Positions 59,101-64,000 of a DNA stretch of 64,000 nt are shown in pieces (position 1 is the first letter of the stretch; each line of letters begins with the position of its first letter). Source of the DNA: Candidatus Hydrogenedentota bacterium (GTDB lineage Bacteria; Hydrogenedentota; Hydrogenedentia; Hydrogenedentales; JAEUWI01). A model generated the notes under the pieces. That model saw only the letters and a list, made by a program, of their open reading frames with translations, did no database searches and was not told the origin of the DNA. The stretch lies in contig JAXMOL010000034.1 of the NCBI GenBank assembly GCA_034669905.1, positions 21,716 to 85,715 of the forward strand, read 5' to 3'. Position numbers and translations under genes: made by a program.

Positions 59101-60927
59101 ATGAGCTCCTTTCGGGAATGCCTGGATGCACTGTGGCCCCCCCACGTCCAGTCGGTGCTGGAAGGCGACCCGATCGCGGGTGAATTTTCTCCGGATCGCA
59201 CTTCGTCGGTTACGTATTATGCCCTGGACAGCCCCGAAGCCCCGGCACGATTTGACGCCCTGTTCCTGGATAGTCAGGCGGCTGATGGTACGGCGTTGCG
59301 GGACCGGCTTCGTCCCCTGCGCCTTAAACTAAATCGGGAAGGGGCGGTGTTTTGCCGGGATGCCTACGTAGACGGTTCCTTCGACACGACCCTCGAGACC
59401 TTCAGTGATGCAGGCCTCGGCTTCTATGAGGGCTGGCACATAGACGAGACGACGGGGGCGGTCTGTCCGCTGGAGGGCACGCCCGTATCTACGGGAGGGT
59501 GGTATGTCTATCGATTTCAGCGTTTCACCTACGACCCCATGCGCCACGCCTGTCAGTATCTTGAGCAGCAGGACGTCCGTCGCGCGCTGGATATTCTCCA
59601 CGGCGTTCCGGGCCGGTGGCTTACCAACGATGCCGTGCGGGGGCTCCACGCCCGTGAAACGCTGGTCGCATTGATGCTCCAGAATCGCAATTCCGGTGGT
59701 GCACAAGGCTTTGCCCACCTCAACGCGGCCCGCCATCACTACAACCGGGCCTGCACCTGGCTACCGAAGGACACCACCGTCTATCGCTGCATGGCGAACT
59801 TATGGCAGGATTTCGGACGTCCCGATTTGTCTCGTCGGCTGCTTGAGACCGTGGCGACCATCTTACCCACGCCCCCTATCCAGGAGGCCCTCGCGTCTCA
59901 TTCACAGGAGACGCCCATCTTCGAAACGCCCACGTGGCCCACGTATCGCCCCGACTTCCCCCTGCGGATCCTATTTGTCTGTCACCCCGAATCTGATTTC
60001 GGTAGTGATGTGCTGCACGACGGATTTCGCCGGGTATTGGGTGCCGATCGGGTGGTCGAGTATCCCTGGAAGCCGGTCTTACACGGAGAGGACGAGGCGG
60101 CGGCGACGGGCTATCCCTGTACCTTCGACTGGCCGGAGAGTCCGGTTTCCTTGTCCGATGTCGTGGCGCAGTTGGCGGCAGGTGCCTTCGAGGCCATCGT
60201 CTATTCCGATACCCTGGGATCATTGCCCCCCAGCGATGTAAAGGCGATTCGGAATGCCGCCGGGGATACGCCCCTCTTTGTACTCGACATGTGGGATGAA
60301 TGTGGCGATATGCTGGGCCTCATACAGCAACGGGACGGCCTGAAGGAGGTAGCGGGCTATTTCAAGCGGGAGATGGTGCAGGGGGGCGACTACCCTGCAA
60401 ACACCTGGCCCTTGCTGTTTTCCTTTCCAGAGAACCGCATCCCCCCTCAGTTGTCGTGGGAAGGGCGCACGGGTATTTTCTGGACCGGCAAGCTCATGGG
60501 GGGCGCGCGTCGTCTACAGATGAGTTGGTTGGAGAAGATGTTGCCCCTTCAGGCCGCCTATGGCACGCCCCTGAGCCCTGCGGAATATGCCGAGAAGCTC
60601 CAGTCTCACCTGATGGGGATTTCGCTGGCAGGAAATGGTTTTGATACGGTGCGATACTGGGAACTGCCCGCCCACGGAACCCTGTTGCTCAGCGAACGCA
60701 TTCCGCTGGCGATACCCTTCGACTATGAAGACGGAAAGCACGCGGTCTTTTTTGATACCGTGCAGGAAGCCTGTGAAAAGGGAGCCTACTATCTGGCCCA
60801 TCCCGACGAGGCATTGGAGATAGCCCAGGCTGGCCATGCCCACCTGCTGGCGCACCATACGGGCTCGGCACGGGCGCGTCAATGCCTCGCCCGGATTCAG
60901 CAACGGATTGAAGCGCTACGGAAATAG
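59101..60927 (+). CDS. Multidomain protein with C-terminal glycosyltransferase (Glyco_trans_1_2-like) domain
   Basis: YFKRE, GNGFDTVRYWE, GTLLL, HAVFF, IAQAG..HHT. Confidence 0.72.
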   Translation: MSSFRECLDALWPPHVQSVLEGDPIAGEFSPDRTSSVTYYALDSPEAPARFDALFLDSQAADGTALRDRLRPLRLKLNREGAVFCRDAYVDGSFDTTLETFSDAGLGFYEGWHIDETTGAVCPLEGTPVSTGGWYVYRFQRFTYDPMRHACQYLEQQDVRRALDILHGVPGRWLTNDAVRGLHARETLVALMLQNRNSGGAQGFAHLNAARHHYNRACTWLPKDTTVYRCMANLWQDFGRPDLSRRLLETVATILPTPPIQEALASHSQETPIFETPTWPTYRPDFPLRILFVCHPESDFGSDVLHDGFRRVLGADRVVEYPWKPVLHGEDEAAATGYPCTFDWPESPVSLSDVVAQLAAGAFEAIVYSDTLGSLPPSDVKAIRNAAGDTPLFVLDMWDECGDMLGLIQQRDGLKEVAGYFKREMVQGGDYPANTWPLLFSFPENRIPPQLSWEGRTGIFWTGKLMGGARRLQMSWLEKMLPLQAAYGTPLSPAEYAEKLQSHLMGISLAGNGFDTVRYWELPAHGTLLLSERIPLAIPFDYEDGKHAVFFDTVQEACEKGAYYLAHPDEALEIAQAGHAHLLAHHTGSARARQCLARIQQRIEALRK

Positions 60928-60974
60928 CGGTTTCTTAAACAGCCAAAGGCTTTGATGGCTCAACAAGGGAATGG

Positions 60975-63644
60975 GTGAATATGGATTGCGTCGCGAAATG
61001 TCTGTTCTCAGGAATGTGGGTCCTATGGGCTGCCGTGGCTGTGTCGCAGACGAACAGTGCAGACGACCCCCCTACCCTCTATCTCATTCCCTATGAAGAC
61101 GGCACCATCTGGGTGGACCTCGAATTGGTTTCGGCACCGGAGGACCCGGCGGAAGTGAGCCAGGCGTTGGCCGCCATGATGGGGGAACGGGATCCTGCCT
61201 ACATTGCGGATTTTTATGACGGCGTTATTGATGACGTCCATACCTGGTCGGCCTACTGGTACGACGCCCTGGAAGCCCATCCCGGAAAGTGGATTGGCGC
61301 GTTGGACCTCGCGCCCCTGAGCGCCGTCCTGAAAAAACTGGCTGTTACCCAACTCGACGTGACGCTCTACGACACGCCGCCCTACGCCAACCATTTGGAA
61401 TGGAGCCGGGTTCCTGGTGAGATGGGTCAGGATGAGCACTATCAATGGGCGGTGTTTTCACTGGAAAGCCCCCTCCCCGTGCTAACCCTGACAAGTAGAC
61501 GCATGCCCGCGACTTCCGTCAGGCACTATCTTCCCCTTCCCCTGTTGCTGCTCGTAACGTATCTGCTGGTCTACGTGCTTCGCAAACGGGCCCTTCAGTA
61601 TCCCCCGGAGGAAGCGGGCTATGCGTGTTATCGCTGTACACGGCTTCTCCTTGCGGTGGGCCTGACCTTCTGGCTTCTGGTTGGACTGAGCCTTTATCAG
61701 TGGAGCCCCCTGGAGCCCCTTGTTTATGGCGTGGAAGGTATGGCGCGCTACCATGAGCTTCTAAAACTGATGCTCTGGGTGCTGCTGGGTACTACGATGG
61801 CGATACTCTCGCGGGTCTATCTCTTACCCGTCTATCTACGCTTGCCCGGTGCCAGCTGGACGGCCCGTGATTTTGCCGCGCAGGGCTTTTACTTCAGCAT
61901 GTTGCTCAGCGTGATACTGGTGACGGTTTTCGGTATGATGATGAGTTTGCATCAATCTCCCCTACAGCTCATGTCCATGTTGCTCGTGGGGGCCCTCACA
62001 GGTGCCTATTGCTACCTGCGCACCCTCCTTTCCCTCGGTTTTGTCATTCAGGCCTTGGACGAAGGTGAACTCTATGAGCGGGTACGGGCGATGGCGGCCC
62101 AGGCAAAAATTACCTCCCTGCGAGGGGTGTACCTGATCTACCGGGACAAGTGTCCGGTCTTAAACGCGCTGGCGGCCCACAAGATGCAAGTCATGTTTAC
62201 GGAGAACCTGCTGAACGCATTGACCCGTCGGGAAGTGGATGCCATCGTGGGTCATGAGCTCAGTCACCTGGTGCGAAACCACCCGAAGATTCTCCATCGG
62301 ACCCGGGGGCTTTGTATGGTGTTGGGTTGGATTCTGGGAGTGATTTTCGTCATTGTGATGGTGATCGTGGTTACCTTGCTGGGGTTCTACTGGCATGCGA
62401 CGGCCTGGATCTGTGCCACGGTGCTTGCCATGATGCCCGGTATGGCCCTGGGGTACCTGCTCTTTTTGAGCTACAGTCGCCGCTTTGAGTTGGAAGCGGA
62501 TGCCGGGGCAGCGGCGTTGACGGAGGATCCAGAGGCCATGATTTCGGGGCTGGTGAAGTTGACCCGCCTGAATTATATGCCGATGAAATGGGGCGGTACG
62601 TGGGCGGCCCGGTTTATCACCCATCCATCTACGTGGGAGCGGGGCTACCACCTTGCCCAACGGTACGGCGTTTCGGAGGCGCGGCTCGAAGCACTGTTGG
62701 GCGGCGAGTCGGTGGGTGATGGGCATTATCCCGTTCCCGAAAATGCGCGTCCGAATCGTTTGTTCCGAACGCAGGACAAGTCACGCAATCAAATCGTATC
62801 CATGATCCAATTACTGATCCTGCCTGCTCTCCTGCCAGCGCTTTGGGTGTGGGGTTCTGGCCTTCTTGATGTGACACTCCCCTACCGCCTGGATCTTTTG
62901 GCTATGGTGCTGGGTGGACTTTTGCTTTTGGCGCTGTATCAAAACGGCACGGGGCTTCGCAGTGTGAAGGGGCTCGCGAAACGTTTTCGCGATGCGCGGG
63001 GATTGAAGGAATGTGATGGAGCGACCTTTGTTACCCTGGCGCCCAATGACCGTGTTGAGGTGTACGATGGGTCGCTTGCCTGGGATGTGGGAATGCTCGG
63101 GCTGGATGATGGGGGGCTGCACTTTCTGGGGGACGGTACTTCCTTTACGCTAACACGGGACCAGATAGTAAGCGTCGGTATGCAGCGCGTCCTCCTTGGC
63201 CTCGTACCCGTGAGGCGCTTGGTTATTACGTATCAACCCCGTGAAACGACCGATGTGCGGACGCTTGCCCTGGTGGATGGTGATGGTGGACGGCTGACGG
63301 TGGCCAATCGGAAAACGCGTGCCCTCTATGAGCGGTTGTTCTTGTGGCAGCGCGATGGCGTGGCAGAGGGCACCGGCGTGCTGCCCGACGTGCCCTACGG
63401 AGCTCCAGAGAAGCTAACCGTGTCTGGTGTGCCCATCGGTGCGGACACGGGCATTCGTCAACGGGTGGTGTTTGCGTCGCTCGTATTTGGAATTGGATGT
63501 GCGCTCGGCACGATGCTGGGCCTCCCTCCCACCCGGCCCTTTTTCGAATCCGCGGTTGGCGTCGGTGCTATCGCGGCGCTCATCGACTTTCTGGCGGCAT
63601 TGCCGGGATTGTGGGCCATATATCGAAATAAAAATGCCGGGTGA
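60975..63644 (+). CDS. Large membrane M48 family metallopeptidase
   Basis: NALA, EVDAIVGHELSH, SRRFELEADA, THP; multiple TM segments and signal peptide. Confidence 0.85.
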   Translation: MNMDCVAKCLFSGMWVLWAAVAVSQTNSADDPPTLYLIPYEDGTIWVDLELVSAPEDPAEVSQALAAMMGERDPAYIADFYDGVIDDVHTWSAYWYDALEAHPGKWIGALDLAPLSAVLKKLAVTQLDVTLYDTPPYANHLEWSRVPGEMGQDEHYQWAVFSLESPLPVLTLTSRRMPATSVRHYLPLPLLLLVTYLLVYVLRKRALQYPPEEAGYACYRCTRLLLAVGLTFWLLVGLSLYQWSPLEPLVYGVEGMARYHELLKLMLWVLLGTTMAILSRVYLLPVYLRLPGASWTARDFAAQGFYFSMLLSVILVTVFGMMMSLHQSPLQLMSMLLVGALTGAYCYLRTLLSLGFVIQALDEGELYERVRAMAAQAKITSLRGVYLIYRDKCPVLNALAAHKMQVMFTENLLNALTRREVDAIVGHELSHLVRNHPKILHRTRGLCMVLGWILGVIFVIVMVIVVTLLGFYWHATAWICATVLAMMPGMALGYLLFLSYSRRFELEADAGAAALTEDPEAMISGLVKLTRLNYMPMKWGGTWAARFITHPSTWERGYHLAQRYGVSEARLEALLGGESVGDGHYPVPENARPNRLFRTQDKSRNQIVSMIQLLILPALLPALWVWGSGLLDVTLPYRLDLLAMVLGGLLLLALYQNGTGLRSVKGLAKRFRDARGLKECDGATFVTLAPNDRVEVYDGSLAWDVGMLGLDDGGLHFLGDGTSFTLTRDQIVSVGMQRVLLGLVPVRRLVITYQPRETTDVRTLALVDGDGGRLTVANRKTRALYERLFLWQRDGVAEGTGVLPDVPYGAPEKLTVSGVPIGADTGIRQRVVFASLVFGIGCALGTMLGLPPTRPFFESAVGVGAIAALIDFLAALPGLWAIYRNKNAG

Positions 63645-64000
63645 CGAGAAGACGCTGGAAGGGCTGCCGATTCAGGGACTGCCGTGCCCCACGTTGTCAT
63701 GGAGTGGCAATTTTGCGAAAGCCTGCGTGGTGACTTAGTCTACGCGTTAGCACTCAGATGGCAATGGCTGTCCCGTCGTTGGCGAGGGTGGCCCGACGTC
63801 TGCTTCACAAACGACGGGACAGCCACGCCCGTTGACGCGCATTGCGCCAAACCGGCGACATCAGCCGTCCGTCAGCTAAATAGGCGAAGATTCATCTCGG
63901 ACATTTTCCAAGTCATTCGGTTGCCATCTTAAAGATTTGGGGCTTGGGAGCGCAGGCGGCTCGCCTGCATTACGTCGAAGACGTAAAAACTACGTGCCTT

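Noticed and set aside
63946..63986. REP-like palindrome GCAGGCG-GCT-CGCCTGC and adjacent hairpin; GTAGGGGCACG half-site near 942-958
   Set aside because: Single, non-identical copies in this window and no RAYT or transposase; cannot be called a repeat family
1..64000. CRISPR arrays, tRNA/rRNA genes, integrases, transposases, prophage or defence islands
   Set aside because: No repeat-spacer periodicity, cloverleaf or mobile-element motifs were seen by eye; a covariance-model scan would be needed to exclude RNA genes

Overview
GC-rich bacterial chromosomal window, mostly housekeeping genes. It is probably from Candidatus Hydrogenedentota, inferred from tandem DUF1559/H-X9-DG prepilin-like genes and a 'LSELLRIIQFYN' dockerin-like C-terminal domain; lpxK indicates a diderm. 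Recognisable genes are accA, punA, PIN-TRAM-ispD-ispF, tlyA-recN, lipA/lipoyl domain/hom/thrC/HAD/lipB, hflX, dprA-lpxK, comEA, rpsT, an HDOD-GGDEF module and several secreted or TPR proteins. I found no rRNA, tRNA, CRISPR array, prophage or IS element. Most notable items: (i) a five-gene divergent CP-ATP-grasp/alpha-E/transglutaminase/amidoligase cluster with two back-to-back consensus sigma54 promoters; (ii) an unannotated 45-aa LIM-like zinc-finger microprotein with its own promoter, RBS and terminator; (iii) a candidate sRNA with three C-rich motifs, next to a sugar-isomerase pseudoenzyme; (iv) a hairpin leader motif shared by two DUF1559 paralogs, with different stems but an identical loop; (v) a probable CTG start codon for hflX. 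All family assignments come from motifs recognised by eye; no searches were run.
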